A DNA stretch of 64,000 nt from Chrysemys picta bellii (taxonomy: Eukaryota). The position numbers and the translations under genes were made by a program. Under the pieces are notes generated by a model that was not told where the DNA came from, did not search any database, and saw nothing but the letters and a program-made list of their open reading frames with translations. The stretch lies in the NCBI RefSeq assembly GCF_011386835.1, contig NC_088792.1:228842001-228906000 (forward strand), given 5' to 3'. Below are positions 63,353 through 64,000 of this stretch, one piece after another (positions within the stretch are counted from its first letter, which is position 1; each line of letters starts with the position of its first letter).

Positions 63353-64000
63353 TTTTGTAGGAACTTTTCCACAGCATGGCTATCTGGAGCTGGCTCTTTA
63401 CATTTGGCAGAGGCAAGAAGCTGTAGCTCCAAGGTGTCCATTTTGTAAATGAAGGCTGCTTTTGCTCCAGTTTCAGCTGAAGAAGTATTTTTAGTTTTTC
63501 TTTCCTTATTCCTATGAAGCTGGCACATTCTCACAGCCTCAAGGGAGTTTTATGGTTTCCAAATTTTGACTCCTTCTGCTAATAATAAGTAGTTTTATTA
63601 TATTCTGCTTTTTCGGCTCCCAGTACTACCACTCAGTATAGTTAATCTGGGCAATGCTTAGATACTATTATGATGGTTGCTTAAGAGAAAACTGGAGAAA
63701 GATTATGGACATTTAACAGCATTGCCTTTATTTGGCACTCTATGGCTGTAACTACCCCTGTATCCTACAGTCCTGTGTCCTTGAGGTTTTCCAGACTGTC
63801 CGTGTGGTAAAGAACTGTGTCATGCATTATTGCTTGCTGAGATCTTCATGAGAGGGGTCAGACCTCAAAAGCATTTTTTCCCTTCAGACTAGAGGCTTTC
63901 ATGAGTTTAACTCAACAACGTGTCCAATGCACTAGCTGACATTGAGGATAATCCTTGGGTGAACATTTGAAAATGAGAAGTTTTTTTTTTAAAGTTATCT

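Overview
AT-rich vertebrate genomic DNA. The repeat complement (CR1, Penelope-like termini, hAT, PIF/Harbinger and Tc1/mariner MITEs, LF-SINE, MIR-like SINEs) points to a turtle genome; this is inferred from remembered repeat families, not from a search. I recognise no host protein-coding gene, so the window looks like a large intron or gene desert, with one 341-N assembly gap. All recognisable coding sequence is decayed transposon ORF: CR1 EN/RT, a 5'-truncated RTE LINE with a C-terminal C2H2 finger, a Harbinger DDE transposase, and hAT transposase C-termini. The most notable signal is four Penelope-like insertions with target-site duplications and a forward-plus-inverted architecture. Three of them carry a minimal type-I hammerhead ribozyme motif (one intact copy at 57531-57570) with an extra A after A9 and a palindromic stem III that would need dimerisation. 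Other points of interest: a hAT element built from two inverted 3' ends, a mariner MITE that carries one hAT end, many short hairpin MITEs with 3-bp TSDs, LF-SINE copies, and a few unexplained exon-like or CNE-like segments.
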